From Nostoc sp. (GTDB lineage Bacteria; Cyanobacteriota; Cyanobacteriia; Cyanobacteriales; Nostocaceae): 64,000 nt of DNA. The notes below the pieces were generated by a model. That model saw only the letters and a program-made list of their open reading frames with translations, was not told the DNA's origin and searched no databases. Location: contig JBALDB010000056.1 of the NCBI GenBank assembly GCA_036918135.1, positions 96,001 through 160,000 of the forward strand. Direction: 5' to 3'. This document shows positions 43,462 through 55,098 of this stretch, in pieces. The position numbers and the translations under genes were made by a program. Position 1 is the first letter of the stretch, and each line of letters starts with the position of its first letter.

Positions 43462-45174
43462 ATGATCAATTCCAAGCCACGCGACGTACAAGTTTTACCA
43501 ATTGCCACAAATACTAAGGCTCTGAGGGCACGTAGTTGGTCACGTCTGCGGTTTGAAATTGAATATGCACTTGAAAGAGGTACTACCTCTAATTGCTATT
43601 TAATTGAAGCTGATAAAACTGCACTCTTCGATCCACCGCCAGAAAGCTTTACCGAAATTTATTTAGAGGCGTTACAGCAGACTTTAGATTTGAAACGTTT
43701 GGATTATGTAATCTTAGGTCATTTTAATCCCAACCGAGTCGCAACCCTTAAAGCAATTTTAGAACTGGCACCACAGGTGACCTTTGTTTGTTCTCTTCCT
43801 GGTGCTAACAATTTGCGTGCTGCTTTCCTAGACCGCGATTTGCAAGTCTTGGTGATGCGGGGGAAAGAAACTCTGGATTTGGGCAAAGGTCATGTTTTGA
43901 AATTCCTCCCGATTCCCAGTCCGCGTTGGCCGGAAGGACTTTGTACTTACGACCAGCAAACCCAAATTCTTTACACAGATAAGTTATTTGCAACTCATAT
44001 CTGTGGCGATGAAGTGTTTGATGATAATCCAGAGACACTCAAAGAAGACCAGCGTTATTACTTTAACTGCCTAATGGCTCCCCAAGCTGCTCACGTGCAA
44101 GCAGCTTTAGAGAAAATATCAGATTTACAGGTAAGAATGTATGCTGTAGGTCACGGCCCTTTGGTACGCACCGGCTTAATTGAACTGACCAAAGCTTACG
44201 CAGAATGGAGCCGTTCTCACAACGATCGCGAAATTTCCGTTGCTTTACTTTATGCCTCAGCTTACGGAAATACAGCGACTTTAGCACAAGCGATCGCTCT
44301 GGGACTGACTAAAGGTGGAGTCGCAGTCAAATCAATTAACTGCGAATTTGCCACTCCCGATGAAATTCGCATCAACCTACAACAGTCAGATGGTTTTATC
44401 ATCGGTTCTCCTACCATCGGCGGTCACGCGCCGACTCCTATTCATACTGCTTTAGGTATTGTGTTATCGAGCGGTGACAACAGCAAATTGGCTGGGGTGT
44501 TTGGTTCCTATGGCTGGAGTGGTGAAGCATTTGACTTAATTGAAGGTAAACTCCGGGATGCTGGATATCGTTTGGGTTTTGACACTTTGAAGGTGAAGTT
44601 TAAACCTGATGATGTCACTCTCAAATTCTGTGAAGAAGTAGGTACAGACTTTGCCCAAGCTTTGAAAAAAGCTAAAAAGGTGCGCGTACCCCAACAAGCT
44701 GCGACTCCAATGGAACAAGCTGTGGGTCGAATTGTTGGTTCTGTTTGCGTACTCACAGCTAAGCTTGGAGAAGTATCTACTGGGATGCTAGGCGCTTGGG
44801 TTTCTCAAGCTACCTTTAATCCACCTGGACTTACGGTTGCTATTGCCAAAGACCGAGCGATCGAATCTTTAATGTATCCTGGCGGTAAATTTGCTTTAAA
44901 TATCCTATCTGAAGGCAATCATCAAGATTACATGAAGCATTTCCGTAAATCTTTTGCGCCTGGAGAAGACCGATTTGCCAACTTTAGTACAGCAGTTGCA
45001 GATAACGGCTGTACTGTTCTTACCGACGCCTCAGCATATCTGGAATGCTCAGTAAACCAACGTCTGGAATGCGGCGATCACTGGGTTGTGTATGCAACTG
45101 TAGATGAAGGTAAATTACTCAAGCCTGATGCTATTACTGCCATCAACCATCGTAAAACCGGCACTCATTATTAA
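43462..45174 (+). CDS. flv1B: Flavodiiron protein Flv1 (probably Flv1B)
   Basis: Non-canonical HFNPNR and PRWP sites, YASAYGNT flavodoxin motif, C-terminal flavin reductase. Confidence 0.75.
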   Translation: MINSKPRDVQVLPIATNTKALRARSWSRLRFEIEYALERGTTSNCYLIEADKTALFDPPPESFTEIYLEALQQTLDLKRLDYVILGHFNPNRVATLKAILELAPQVTFVCSLPGANNLRAAFLDRDLQVLVMRGKETLDLGKGHVLKFLPIPSPRWPEGLCTYDQQTQILYTDKLFATHICGDEVFDDNPETLKEDQRYYFNCLMAPQAAHVQAALEKISDLQVRMYAVGHGPLVRTGLIELTKAYAEWSRSHNDREISVALLYASAYGNTATLAQAIALGLTKGGVAVKSINCEFATPDEIRINLQQSDGFIIGSPTIGGHAPTPIHTALGIVLSSGDNSKLAGVFGSYGWSGEAFDLIEGKLRDAGYRLGFDTLKVKFKPDDVTLKFCEEVGTDFAQALKKAKKVRVPQQAATPMEQAVGRIVGSVCVLTAKLGEVSTGMLGAWVSQATFNPPGLTVAIAKDRAIESLMYPGGKFALNILSEGNHQDYMKHFRKSFAPGEDRFANFSTAVADNGCTVLTDASAYLECSVNQRLECGDHWVVYATVDEGKLLKPDAITAINHRKTGTHY

Positions 45175-45763
45175 ACAGTAAGAAGTTTGACTTAAGGAAA
45201 TTGCCTTAGCTTGAATATAGCCGAGGCTTTTGAGTAGAAAAATTCTCTTTTTTCTTGTGGGATGGGTATCTTGCCCGTCCCAATTTTTTTATGGCTAATC
45301 AACAAAATCTAAGCAATTTTAGGCTGGAGTTTAAAAGCGTAGGTGTAGCCCGTTGTAAACATTGCTAAAAACTAAACTTTAAATATTTAAGCCAAAATAG
45401 ATGTTTTGCTTTCTATTTACGTACTCACATTTTTATCAAAAAAAATAAGGAGAGCGTTTTCTATATTATCTATCTAAAGACAGATATTTGAGATTTTAGA
45501 GTCTGAGATTATACGCATATTTTAATATTACAAAGGCAACACTTGTTTTCAAAGTCACTTTGACAATACTCTGATTTTTGATATGAGGAATCACTAGCTG
45601 CAAGCTATCTCGACAGCTTTATTATTCGTGCGGCTGACAGAGGAGCTGTTGCTGGTGCATCGCCTAGACTACGCCCATAGGGGCATTGACCCAAGAGTTA
45701 TTTCTGCCCTGCGGCGAAATTCTCACCAATTGAACACCAGAGTTATCGAGGAATCAAAGCCAA

Positions 45764-46837
45764 GTGAATCCCAGTGACAACAATATTGACAAACCATCCT
45801 TAGAAATCAACGCTTCTCGTCAGTTCACGGCTTGGCTGTATGAGCAAAACCTGAGTCTATCTTTCACTACCTATCAAGCGGGAAAGTTATTCTTCATTGG
45901 CTTGCAACCAAACGGCAGATTATCTGTATTTGAACGCACCTTTGAGCGGTGCATGGGGTTGTATGCCAATGGCAGCAGCCTCTACATGAGTACTCTATAT
46001 CAACTGTGGCGATTTGAAAACATTATCCAACCCGAACAAAGCCACCAAGGCTACGATGCTCTTTATTTGCCTCAAATGAGTTATGTGACGGGAGATTTGG
46101 ATATTCACGATATCGCTCTGAGTCAAGTAGAAGAAAAAGATTTAAAGCCACAAAAGTTAGTATTTGTCAATACACTATTTAGTTGTTTGGGAACAGTTAG
46201 CGAAACGCATAGTTTCATTCCCTTGTGGCAGCCAACCTTTATCAGCAAGCTAGCAGCGGAAGATAGATGTCACCTGAATGGGTTGGCAATGCAGGCAGGG
46301 AAACCCAAATATGTCACTGCTGTCAGCCAGTCGGATGTGGCAGAAGGCTGGCGGGAGCATCGGCGAAATGGGGGCTGTGTAATAAATATCGAGAGCAATG
46401 AAATCGTCTTACGGGGCCTGTCCATGCCCCACTCACCGCGCTCTCATCAGGACAAACTCTGGATGCTCAACTCAGGTACGGGAGAGTTTGGCTTTGCCGA
46501 CATTGAACGGGGAGTATTTGAACCAGTCGCCTTTTGTCCAGGATATCTGCGTGGTTGTGCTTTTCATGGCAACTTTGCAGTGGTGGGAATTTCCCAACCT
46601 AGACATAACAAAACTTTCAGCGGTTTGCTTTTAGACGAGAAATTGCAACAGAAAAACGTCGAGCCTCGCTGTGGGTTGCTAGTGATTGACCTGAGGAGCG
46701 GCGATATTGTTCATTCCTTGCGAATAGAAGGAGTTGTACTGGAATTATACGACGTGGTGGCGCTACCAGGGGTGCGGCGTCCAATGGCGATCGGATTTCG
46801 CAGCGACGAAATTCGGCGGGTGGTGACGGTGGGATGA
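45764..46837 (+). CDS. TIGR03032 (DUF4915) family protein
   Basis: FTTYQAGKL, TGDLDIHD, EDRCHLNGLA, GLSMPHSPR, FCPGYLRG. Confidence 0.85.
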   Translation: MNPSDNNIDKPSLEINASRQFTAWLYEQNLSLSFTTYQAGKLFFIGLQPNGRLSVFERTFERCMGLYANGSSLYMSTLYQLWRFENIIQPEQSHQGYDALYLPQMSYVTGDLDIHDIALSQVEEKDLKPQKLVFVNTLFSCLGTVSETHSFIPLWQPTFISKLAAEDRCHLNGLAMQAGKPKYVTAVSQSDVAEGWREHRRNGGCVINIESNEIVLRGLSMPHSPRSHQDKLWMLNSGTGEFGFADIERGVFEPVAFCPGYLRGCAFHGNFAVVGISQPRHNKTFSGLLLDEKLQQKNVEPRCGLLVIDLRSGDIVHSLRIEGVVLELYDVVALPGVRRPMAIGFRSDEIRRVVTVG

Positions 46838-46885
46838 GAAGCAATTCAAAATTCAAATTCCAATTTATAACAGGAATCAACAACA

Positions 46886-49800
46886 ATGGCTAATGCAGTT
46901 TTCAACCTCTCAGACCTCAACGGCAGCAACGGCTTCGCGATTAGCGGCATTGATACAGGTAATGGCTTAGGCAACTCCGTTAGCGATGCCGGGGACATCA
47001 ATGGCGACGGCTTGGATGACGTGATTATTGGGGCAAGTGGTGCTGGGGAGAGTTATGTGGTGTTTGGCAGCAGCAGTGGCTTTAGTGCCCAACTTGACCT
47101 TTCATCCCTGGACGGTAGTAACGGCTTCGTAATTAATGGTGCGAGTCGCGTAGGCTCCTCTGGAGACATCAACGGTGACGGCTTTGACGACCTGATTCTC
47201 GGGGCACCATCTGCCTCCCCCAACGGCAATCTATTTGCTGGGGAGAGTTACGTAGTCTTTGGCAAGAGTACTGGCTTTGGCGCTAGCCTCAACCTCTCTG
47301 ACCTCAACGGCATCAACGGCTTTGCGATCGACGGCATTAATGAGGTGGACTACTCAGGCCGATCCGTTAGCAATGCGGGTGACATCAACGGCGATGGCTT
47401 CGATGACTTGATTATTGGTGCATCATACAGATTATCTGATATCGGAAGCTATGTAGTGTTTGGCAGCAGTAATGGTTTTAGTGCCAGCCTCAACCTCTCA
47501 AACCTTAATGGTAGCAACGGCTTCTCGATCGACGGTATCCAGACAAGCCCTAACTCGTCAATCTCCGTCAGTAATGCTGGAGATATCAACGGCGATGGCT
47601 TCGACGACCTGATTATCGGGTCATCAGGTGGTAACCCCAGTGATGATGGATACAGTGCTGCTGGTAAGAGTTACGTAGTGTTTGGCAAGAGTACTGGCTT
47701 TGGAGCCAGCCTCAACCTCTTAGACCTCAATGGCAGCAATGGCTTCGCAATCAATGGCATCGATCGGGGTGACAGCTCAGGCTCCTCCGTTAGCAGTGCT
47801 GGAGACATTAATGGCGATGGCTTCGACGACCTGATTATCGGGGCATCCGGTGGCGACCCTAACGGCAAGTATAATGCAGGGGAGAGCTACGTAGTGTTTG
47901 GCAAGAGTACTGGCTTTGAAGCCAACCTCAACCTCTTAGACCTCAATGGCAGCAACGGCTTTGTACTCAACGGCATTGATGAAAGGGACTTTTCAGGCGA
48001 CTCTGTCAGCAGTGCCGGGGACTTCAACGGTGACGGCTTCGATGACCTAATTATCGGGGCACTCCTTGCCTCCCCCAATGGCAATTACGGTGCTGGGGAG
48101 AGCTATCTAGTGTTTGGCAGTAGCAGTGGCTTTGGAGCCGGACTCAACCTATCGAGTCTCAACGGCAGCAACGGCTTTGCAATCAACGGCATTGATACAC
48201 GTGACTTCTCAGGCTCCTCCGTTAGTAGTGCTGGAGACATTAACGGCGATGGCTTTGAGGACTTAATTATTGGGGCACCCGATGCTGACCCGTATAATGC
48301 TGGGGAGAGCTACGTCATCTTTGGCTTTGCGGCTGCTACACCTACTAATCAACCTCCAGTGGCAGTTGCCGATACGGTTATCACCAACGAAGATACCGCC
48401 GTTAACATTTCGGTTTTAGTCAACGACAGCGACCCGAATAGCAGCCTCTTAACGGTGACAAATGTCACCAATGTGCCAGTTCCTGTTGGCACTCCCATTA
48501 TCCTAAGTTCCGGTGCTTTAGTCATTCTCAATGCTGATGGCACTTTAACTTATAATCCCAATAGTAAATTTGAAACTTTGGGTATAAATGAAATTGGCAG
48601 TGACAACTTTACCTACACAGTTACCAATGGCGACTTTTTCAGTGTAGGTAGCGTCAATGTGACCATAAACGGGGTGAATAACGCACCCAGCTTTGCTTCT
48701 TTCAACCTCTCAGACCTCAATGGCAGCAATGGCTTCGTACTCAACGGCATTGATACATATGACTACTCAGGCTCATCCGTTAGCAATGCCGGAGACATTA
48801 ACGGCGATGGCTTCGACGACCTGATTATCGGGGCTGCCAGTGCCGACCCCAACGGCAAGCAAGATGCTGGAGAGAGTTACGTGATATTTGGCAGCAGCAG
48901 TGGCTTTAGTCCCAGCCTCGAACTCTCTACCCTCAATGGCAGCAACGGCTTCGTACTCAACGGCATTGATGAGGGTGACTTTTCTGGCAACTCCGTTAGC
49001 AATGCTGGAGACATCAACGCCGACGGCATCGACGACCTGATTATTGGGGCAGTTGATGCCGACCCCAACGGCAAGTATAATGCTGGGGAGAGCTATCTGG
49101 TGTTTGGCAGTAGCAGCGGTTTTAGTCCCAGTCTCGACCTCTCTACTCTCAATGGCAGCAATGGTTTTGTAATCAACGGCATTGAGACATATGAATATTC
49201 AAGCAACTCCGTCAGCGGTGTTGGAGACATCAATGGTGATGGCTTCGATGACTTGATAATTGGGGCAAGAAATGCCAACCCCAACCCCAAGATAAATGCT
49301 AATAAGAGTTACGTGGTATTTGGCAGTAGCAGCGGCTTTGGAGCCAGCCTCGACCTTTCCACTCTGGACGGCAGCAACGGCTTCGCGATCGACGGCATTG
49401 ATCCAAATGGCCAATTAGTCTCCTCCGTTAGCAATGCAGGTGACGTTAATGGCGACGGCTTCGACGACCTGATTATTGGGGCATACGGTGCTGGACAGAG
49501 TTACGTAGTGTTTGGCAGCAACAGTGGCTTTGGCGCTAGCCTCAACCTCTTAGACCTCAATGGCAGTAACGGCTTCGCGATCGAGGATCTCAATACGAAT
49601 AGCTCGTTAGGCTCGTCTGTTAGCAATGCTGGAGATATCAACGGTGACGGCTTCGACGACCTGATTATTGAGGCACCTTTTGCCAACCCCACCATCTATT
49701 ACAATGATATAGGAGAGAGCTACTTCGTCTATGGACAGAGCTACGTAGTCTTTGGCAAGAGCAGTGGTTTTGCAGCTAGTCTGAACCCCTCCGACCTTAA

Positions 49801-51226
49801 CGGCAGCAACGGCTTCGCAATCGGTCAGTTAGACTCGTCCGTCAGCAGTGCAGGGGACTTTAACAGCGACGGCTTCGATGACCTGATTATTGGGTTACCT
49901 AGATCCAAAAACTCCAATGGTCAGTTTCGTGCTGGGCAGAGCTACGTAGTATTTGGCAGTAGCGGTGGCTTTGGAGCTAGTCTCAACCTCACCGACTTTA
50001 TCGGTAGTAACGGTATCGTGATTAACGGCATTGATGAGGGTGACTACTTAGGCAACTCGGTCAGCAATGGCGGAGACATTAACGGGGACGGCTTCGATGA
50101 CCTAATTATTGGGGCAAGTGGTGCCGACCCCAACGGAGTAAATTCTGCTGGGGAGAGCTACGTGATCTTCAACTTTGCACCTAAAGCTACCACCGATGAA
50201 GATACTGCCGTTAACATCCTTGCCAGTAGTATCCTAACGAAATATACAGATGTAGATGGGGATACCTTTAGCATCAGTGGCTTTACTAACCCCACTAATG
50301 GTACATTGACACTCAATAACAACGGTACTGTTGGGGATACCAACGATGACTACTTCGTTTACACCCCCAACGCCAACTATAACGGCGTTGATAGCTTTAT
50401 CTACACTATCAGCGACACTAATGGCGGCAGCGTTACTGGTGCTTTTAAGGTAAAGGTTAAGCCAGTCAATGATGCACCAGTTGCAGTAAATGATACTGTT
50501 ATCGCAGCCAAATATACACCTGTGCGTATCCAAGCAAATACTCTGCTAGCTAACGATACAGATATTGATAGCAGCAGCTTGAAAGTGACTAGTATCAGTG
50601 ATGTGACTAAAGGTACTGCCGTACTTAAAAATAACGGCACTCCTAACAACTCCACAGACGACTTCATCCTTTTTACCCCAACTAGCGGGTTTAGTGGTGC
50701 GGCTAGCTTCAACTACACCATCACTGATAGACAACTTACCAGTAGTGCTAAGGTTACTGTGCAAGTTGGCGATCGCCTTTTTGGTGGTAACGGCAACGAC
50801 AATCTCAACGGCACTCTTGGCAATGACTACCTCAAGGGTGGGAATGGCAAAGATTCCCTCAATGGCAATAAGGGTAATGATACCCTCGTCGGCGGTAGTG
50901 GTAATGACATCCTTTGTGGCGGTAATGGCAAAGATATCCTCTGCGGTGGCAATGGTAACGACAAATTGTCTGGTGGTTTTGGTAACGATACCCTCACAGG
51001 TGGCAATGGCAAGGATAAATTTGTCTTAACTGCAACCCAAGCCACTGATACTATTACTGACTTTTGCCAGGGTACTGACTTAATTGGACTGTCTGGTGGT
51101 CTGACCTTTACTCAGTTGAGTTTCTCCGGTCACAATATCATCGTCACTGCTAGTGATGAAATTTTGGCAACGCTGACTAGGATTAATACTACAACACTAA
51201 CGGCTGCTAATTTCACTATTATTTAG
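46886..51226 (+). CDS. FG-GAP (integrin-alpha-like) repeat protein with Ig/cadherin-like domains and an RTX C-terminus
   Basis: About 14 GD(I/V/F)[12 protein letters not shown]...GESYVVFG repeats in two blocks; [17 protein letters not shown] domains; GGNGND repeats. Confidence 0.9.
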   Translation: MANAVFNLSDLNGSNGFAISGIDTGNGLGNSVSDAGDINGDGLDDVIIGASGAGESYVVFGSSSGFSAQLDLSSLDGSNGFVINGASRVGSSGDINGDGFDDLILGAPSASPNGNLFAGESYVVFGKSTGFGASLNLSDLNGINGFAIDGINEVDYSGRSVSNAGDINGDGFDDLIIGASYRLSDIGSYVVFGSSNGFSASLNLSNLNGSNGFSIDGIQTSPNSSISVSNAGDINGDGFDDLIIGSSGGNPSDDGYSAAGKSYVVFGKSTGFGASLNLLDLNGSNGFAINGIDRGDSSGSSVSSAGDINGDGFDDLIIGASGGDPNGKYNAGESYVVFGKSTGFEANLNLLDLNGSNGFVLNGIDERDFSGDSVSSAGDFNGDGFDDLIIGALLASPNGNYGAGESYLVFGSSSGFGAGLNLSSLNGSNGFAINGIDTRDFSGSSVSSAGDINGDGFEDLIIGAPDADPYNAGESYVIFGFAAATPTNQPPVAVADTVITNEDTAVNISVLVNDSDPNSSLLTVTNVTNVPVPVGTPIILSSGALVILNADGTLTYNPNSKFETLGINEIGSDNFTYTVTNGDFFSVGSVNVTINGVNNAPSFASFNLSDLNGSNGFVLNGIDTYDYSGSSVSNAGDINGDGFDDLIIGAASADPNGKQDAGESYVIFGSSSGFSPSLELSTLNGSNGFVLNGIDEGDFSGNSVSNAGDINADGIDDLIIGAVDADPNGKYNAGESYLVFGSSSGFSPSLDLSTLNGSNGFVINGIETYEYSSNSVSGVGDINGDGFDDLIIGARNANPNPKINANKSYVVFGSSSGFGASLDLSTLDGSNGFAIDGIDPNGQLVSSVSNAGDVNGDGFDDLIIGAYGAGQSYVVFGSNSGFGASLNLLDLNGSNGFAIEDLNTNSSLGSSVSNAGDINGDGFDDLIIEAPFANPTIYYNDIGESYFVYGQSYVVFGKSSGFAASLNPSDLNGSNGFAIGQLDSSVSSAGDFNSDGFDDLIIGLPRSKNSNGQFRAGQSYVVFGSSGGFGASLNLTDFIGSNGIVINGIDEGDYLGNSVSNGGDINGDGFDDLIIGASGADPNGVNSAGESYVIFNFAPKATTDEDTAVNILASSILTKYTDVDGDTFSISGFTNPTNGTLTLNNNGTVGDTNDDYFVYTPNANYNGVDSFIYTISDTNGGSVTGAFKVKVKPVNDAPVAVNDTVIAAKYTPVRIQANTLLANDTDIDSSSLKVTSISDVTKGTAVLKNNGTPNNSTDDFILFTPTSGFSGAASFNYTITDRQLTSSAKVTVQVGDRLFGGNGNDNLNGTLGNDYLKGGNGKDSLNGNKGNDTLVGGSGNDILCGGNGKDILCGGNGNDKLSGGFGNDTLTGGNGKDKFVLTATQATDTITDFCQGTDLIGLSGGLTFTQLSFSGHNIIVTASDEILATLTRINTTTLTAANFTII

Positions 51227-51479
51227 TGCCTTGCTTTCTTGAAGTTAACAGAAATTTCAAGTCGATGACAGTCAGAATTTGAGACTTCAATGCCATTTTT
51301 CTAGGAGGTTATCAAGTTAAAAACAAGTCTGGCTAAATACTTGTCATTACGTTCGCCCTTGGCGTTCCCGTAGGGTACGCAGCGATAGCGAAGTGAAGTA
51401 ATCGCAAAGTCAAAAAAGGGTGTGGGGGGTAGGGAAAACGGCATTGGTCGGAGCATTAAGGCAGGTTGCTAACTAAGAA

Positions 51480-51827
51480 TTAGCCTAATTTTTCTACTCG
51501 TAAGCCAAAGTACGTCAAAACAAGTTCAGTTGAGCCAGTGTTAACAATTTCGTGTATTTCTCCTAGTTCTATTGCTACACAGTTTCCTGGAAGCAGGGGA
51601 TATTCTTTACCATCAATATGAATTACTCCCGAACCAGCTTCCACAAAGAAGACTTCACACATATCCTGATGCGCGTGTGGCGGTGCAGTTTGTCCGGGAG
51701 CAAAACGTGCTTGGGAAAAGTTAGTCAGGTGAGGCAAATCGCCGTAGCGTAGCATCACCTTTTTCTTGATTTCGGGATTGTGAGAAACAGCCTCTTCTGG
51801 CAGGTTATTCAAGTCAGTGGTAATCAT
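51480..51827 (-). CDS. Cupin domain protein
   Basis: PG..PPHAH..E.F.V..G.G...G..H.I.N motif; start overlaps the upstream gene stop. Confidence 0.85.
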   Translation of the reverse strand: MITTDLNNLPEEAVSHNPEIKKKVMLRYGDLPHLTNFSQARFAPGQTAPPHAHQDMCEVFFVEAGSGVIHIDGKEYPLLPGNCVAIELGEIHEIVNTGSTELVLTYFGLRVEKLG

Positions 51828-54763
51828 TCGGGTCGCAAATCGTTGGATAATTCCACAATACCCCTAGATCCATCAATCCGGACTCTTTGACCATCTTGCA
51901 AAAGCCATGTAGCACCACGAACATCCATGATTGCGGGGATTCCGTATTCACGTGCAACGATCGCACCGTGAGAAAGCCGTCCGCCAGCTTCAGCAATTAA
52001 GCCTCCAGCCCTTAGTAATAAAGGTGCCCAGCCGGAATCTGTGTAAGGTACTACTAAAATTGTATCCCGGTCAATTTCTGGTATTTCTTGTAAATTTCGC
52101 AACACCTTAACTCTGCCTTCGGTTTGCCCGTGACTAGCTCCAATACCTTGTAAAATTTGGTCAGAGTAGAGGGCAGAGGGCGCTAAGGGGTGAGGAGGTG
52201 TATTGCCGTAGACTACAAAAGGTACTTGAGCAATCTCGCTATCTTGGAAAAATTGCGATCGCCTAAATTCCACTAACTCAGCCAATTGCTCAATTAAGCT
52301 GGAATCTCCACCTGCAACTAAACGCCGCACTTCATCAAAGTCTAGAAAAAAGATATCGTCTGTTTTCTTTAGCAAACCAGACTCGATCCAAATCTTCTCT
52401 AAAGCCACAAAACTCCAACGCAATTCAGCTAAAAGCCGTGAATAAACTTCGGTGACTCGTCCTTTGATATCTACACGTCGCTGGACAAACCCACGTTTGC
52501 GGGTACGAAAAAAGATGCTATTGTTCGCGTCTTTAATGCCTGCTTTTGGTTCGTTCCCCTGAATTAACTGGACAAACATCTGCTTAATGAGTTGGGGATT
52601 CTCCCGCCAAGTGGGAACGGAAATATCTGTTCCTACTTCACTTAAATAGCCATAATCCTGAAGCAATTCGTCAAATTCATTCAGAATCTTCTTTCCTTGA
52701 GGGGTTTGGTTTAATTGCTCAAACACCTGCTGTGGCTCAAACTTAGATAATATCTGCTTGGCATCTGCGGCTATTGCAGCTAACGCTCGCAATGCTGCTA
52801 TCTCTGGGGTGACGCTGCGATCGATTTGCCCATCTTTCACCCGGAAAATCGCCTGTCTCAGGGCAGCACTCAAAGGAGCTAAAATGCTGTAATACGTCGC
52901 TCGATGAACCAATTCCAAGATTGAGTCAATTCTTGCCAACAGCTTGGGCGGTTCCAAGTTATTTATCTGTTCCTGCGCCAACTGCGATAAACCAGGAATG
53001 AAGCGTTTGTGATAATCGCGTTTAAAGTCCTTTTCTAAATTTAACTCCCGCTTGAGTAACCTCCCTAGTCCAGGAAAATTCTCCCAGGTTGTCTTCCAAG
53101 ACGGCTTACTGAGTTTTGTTCCTCTGGTTAAAAACTCCAGGCTTTCTGGTGGCAGTCCCATGCGGATAAAAATTTCTCCTAAGAGGGATGCATTAAAGTA
53201 GGCTCTGGAATAATGCAGAGTTGCTGTTTGGGTGAAATCTAACCCTAAGGCGCGTTCGGCTTTGCCGTTGCCGTTGGCATAGCGTCTCGCAGAGAAGGCA
53301 TCACTCAAAACTAAAGTAAAAATTTCTCCCCAAACTCCACAAGTTAAAGGACGATTTATTGACCATGTTAAGGGGTGAATTACTCCCGGAATCACTTCGG
53401 CAGCGATTTTTCGTGTCCAGATGGGTAGCAAAGTGGTAATTGGTCGAGATTGCAACACCCAAAGCGTTTGACCGTCGTAACTCCACTCAATATCTTGAGG
53501 AATGCCATTGTAACGCTTTTCCAGTCGGAAAGCCAAATATGCAACTTGCTTGATTATTGCTTGTGGGACTCGTCCTTCACCTTCCAATTGCACAGAAGAA
53601 GAATTTTCCGTTTCAAAAACAAAAGCGCGATATTGTTCTGGTGTGACTTTTCCGGAAACGACTTGTGTCGGGCTGCCTGGGAGGGCTTCAATAATAATTG
53701 CATCACCTTGCTGGGTAATGGGATCGCGGCTGAAAGCGACACCAGAAAATACACTCTGGACTTGTTGTTGAATCAGCACTGCCATTGCTGTTTCATTTAA
53801 ACCGCGATCGCGCCGATATTGCACGGCAGACGGATGATTGTAGGAAGCTTGCACTTGAGCGATCGCTGACTGTAATGCTTGGGGACTGGTAACATTTAAA
53901 ACTGTTTGATACTGCCCAGCCGCAGAAGCGTGTTCTGAGTCTTCGCCAATGGCAGAAGAACGCACCACTAAAGGAGATAATTCTGATGGCTGGAGAAATT
54001 CCGTTAACAACTCAGGATCGTCAATCGGGGCAAGTACCCACCCCTTGGGCACTGAGTAACCCCAGCGCTTAATTTGAGATAATGTAGCCGCCTTTTCGCC
54101 GACAATGGTAGCATCCAACTCTTCATCTAAAGAAACCATTGCTCGATCGCCGCGTAAAAATTCTAACATCGCTTGCGATTCTGTTTGTGCTTCTTGGGCT
54201 GGCAGATTCATATCATCAGGAATTTTTGTGTAAATCCAGCCCATCAAACCAGCTAAAGCAATAACAGCAAGCATTCTGGGGATATCACTTAGATGCAGAA
54301 GGATGACAAACAAAGGAAATAGTAACAATACCCCAAATTTAACTACCTGTCTGGAGTGCAGAATTGAAAAGCTCATTCCGGCAAAGAAAAATACAAATAT
54401 TGCTACCAGTGGGTCGTGTACTACAAATCCCCAGACGACATTTGTCGTACCTGCCCCTCTGCCTATCCAGTATCTACCGATTACCAAAGCGATCAGGGCA
54501 ATTAATTCCCAAAATGAGCCTTCTAGAAAGAAAGCACGGCTGAGAAAAACTGCCGCAATCCCTTTAAAAGCTTCTGACAAAACTGCCAGAATTCCAACAA
54601 ACGTACCCCCATGATAGAAAGCCGCTGATACACTGATGTTTCCTGTACCAACTTCTGATAATCGCTTACGCTTCAGGGCGTAAGTAATCCATGCAATCAG
54701 GGGTAATCCGCCCAAGAGGGGGCAGACAATTAAAATAACTAAGACACCCCAAAGTTCAAACAT
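51824..54763 (-). CDS. PlsY-like membrane domain fused to PEP/pyruvate-binding and PEP-utilising phospho-His domains
   Basis: GTGNIS, SEAFKG, GRGAGTT (PlsY-like); VRSSAIGED, SAAGQY, DIEWS, LQSRPIT; GGRLSHGAIVAREYGIPA. Confidence 0.85.
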   Translation of the reverse strand: MFELWGVLVILIVCPLLGGLPLIAWITYALKRKRLSEVGTGNISVSAAFYHGGTFVGILAVLSEAFKGIAAVFLSRAFFLEGSFWELIALIALVIGRYWIGRGAGTTNVVWGFVVHDPLVAIFVFFFAGMSFSILHSRQVVKFGVLLLFPLFVILLHLSDIPRMLAVIALAGLMGWIYTKIPDDMNLPAQEAQTESQAMLEFLRGDRAMVSLDEELDATIVGEKAATLSQIKRWGYSVPKGWVLAPIDDPELLTEFLQPSELSPLVVRSSAIGEDSEHASAAGQYQTVLNVTSPQALQSAIAQVQASYNHPSAVQYRRDRGLNETAMAVLIQQQVQSVFSGVAFSRDPITQQGDAIIIEALPGSPTQVVSGKVTPEQYRAFVFETENSSSVQLEGEGRVPQAIIKQVAYLAFRLEKRYNGIPQDIEWSYDGQTLWVLQSRPITTLLPIWTRKIAAEVIPGVIHPLTWSINRPLTCGVWGEIFTLVLSDAFSARRYANGNGKAERALGLDFTQTATLHYSRAYFNASLLGEIFIRMGLPPESLEFLTRGTKLSKPSWKTTWENFPGLGRLLKRELNLEKDFKRDYHKRFIPGLSQLAQEQINNLEPPKLLARIDSILELVHRATYYSILAPLSAALRQAIFRVKDGQIDRSVTPEIAALRALAAIAADAKQILSKFEPQQVFEQLNQTPQGKKILNEFDELLQDYGYLSEVGTDISVPTWRENPQLIKQMFVQLIQGNEPKAGIKDANNSIFFRTRKRGFVQRRVDIKGRVTEVYSRLLAELRWSFVALEKIWIESGLLKKTDDIFFLDFDEVRRLVAGGDSSLIEQLAELVEFRRSQFFQDSEIAQVPFVVYGNTPPHPLAPSALYSDQILQGIGASHGQTEGRVKVLRNLQEIPEIDRDTILVVPYTDSGWAPLLLRAGGLIAEAGGRLSHGAIVAREYGIPAIMDVRGATWLLQDGQRVRIDGSRGIVELSNDLRPE
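53255..53299. repeat. 45-nt in-frame small dispersed repeat insertion
   Basis: Adds AFSARRYANGNGKAE between GAT and CGC of a HIP1-like site. Confidence 0.6.
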
Positions 54764-54896
54764 TATTAGATTTTAGATTTTAGATTTAAATTTGCCATCT
54801 AAAATCTCAAATCTCAACTCTAAAATTTTTATGAAATTTTTGATGATTATTAGGCGGCTTTGAGTAAATATAATTCTGGATTCTGTACTTTTCTTT

Positions 54897-54940
54897 AAGG
54901 ACACTTGGCGAAGACGGAAACCGTTTTTGCCAGTGTCCTT
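54897..54940 (-). terminator. Hairpin downstream of ndhQ
   Basis: aaggacacttggcgaagacgg-aaa-ccgtttttgccagtgtcctt. Confidence 0.55.
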
Positions 54941-54957
54941 GTCAGCTAATAATAGTT

Positions 54958-55098
54958 TTAGTTTAGTGCATAGGCGGCTTGCAGCGCCCAGATAATCAGA
55001 GCAGCGATCGACCCCAGAAGCAACACGGTAGAGATAGTGACTACTTTTGGAGAATCTGCACCCTCAAATTTCATAATTCCTCGATTTAAGTCGGACAC
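54958..55098 (-). CDS. ndhQ: NDH-1 small subunit NdhQ (46 aa), not in the ORF track
   Basis: GTG start after AGGAGG; MSDLNRGIMKFEGADSPKVVTISTVLLLGSIAALIIWALQAAYALN matches the NdhQ NRGIMKFxGADSP motif plus TM helix. Confidence 0.85.
   Translation of the reverse strand: MSDLNRGIMKFEGADSPKVVTISTVLLLGSIAALIIWALQAAYALN

Noticed and set aside
43288..43517. Short ORFs over the G/C-rich repeats (also 55122-55477)
   Set aside because: Low-complexity translations of intergenic repeat DNA.
45585..45760. GC-richer leader upstream of TIGR03032 as a riboswitch or small ORF
   Set aside because: No recognisable riboswitch consensus or credible start codon; would need an Rfam search.
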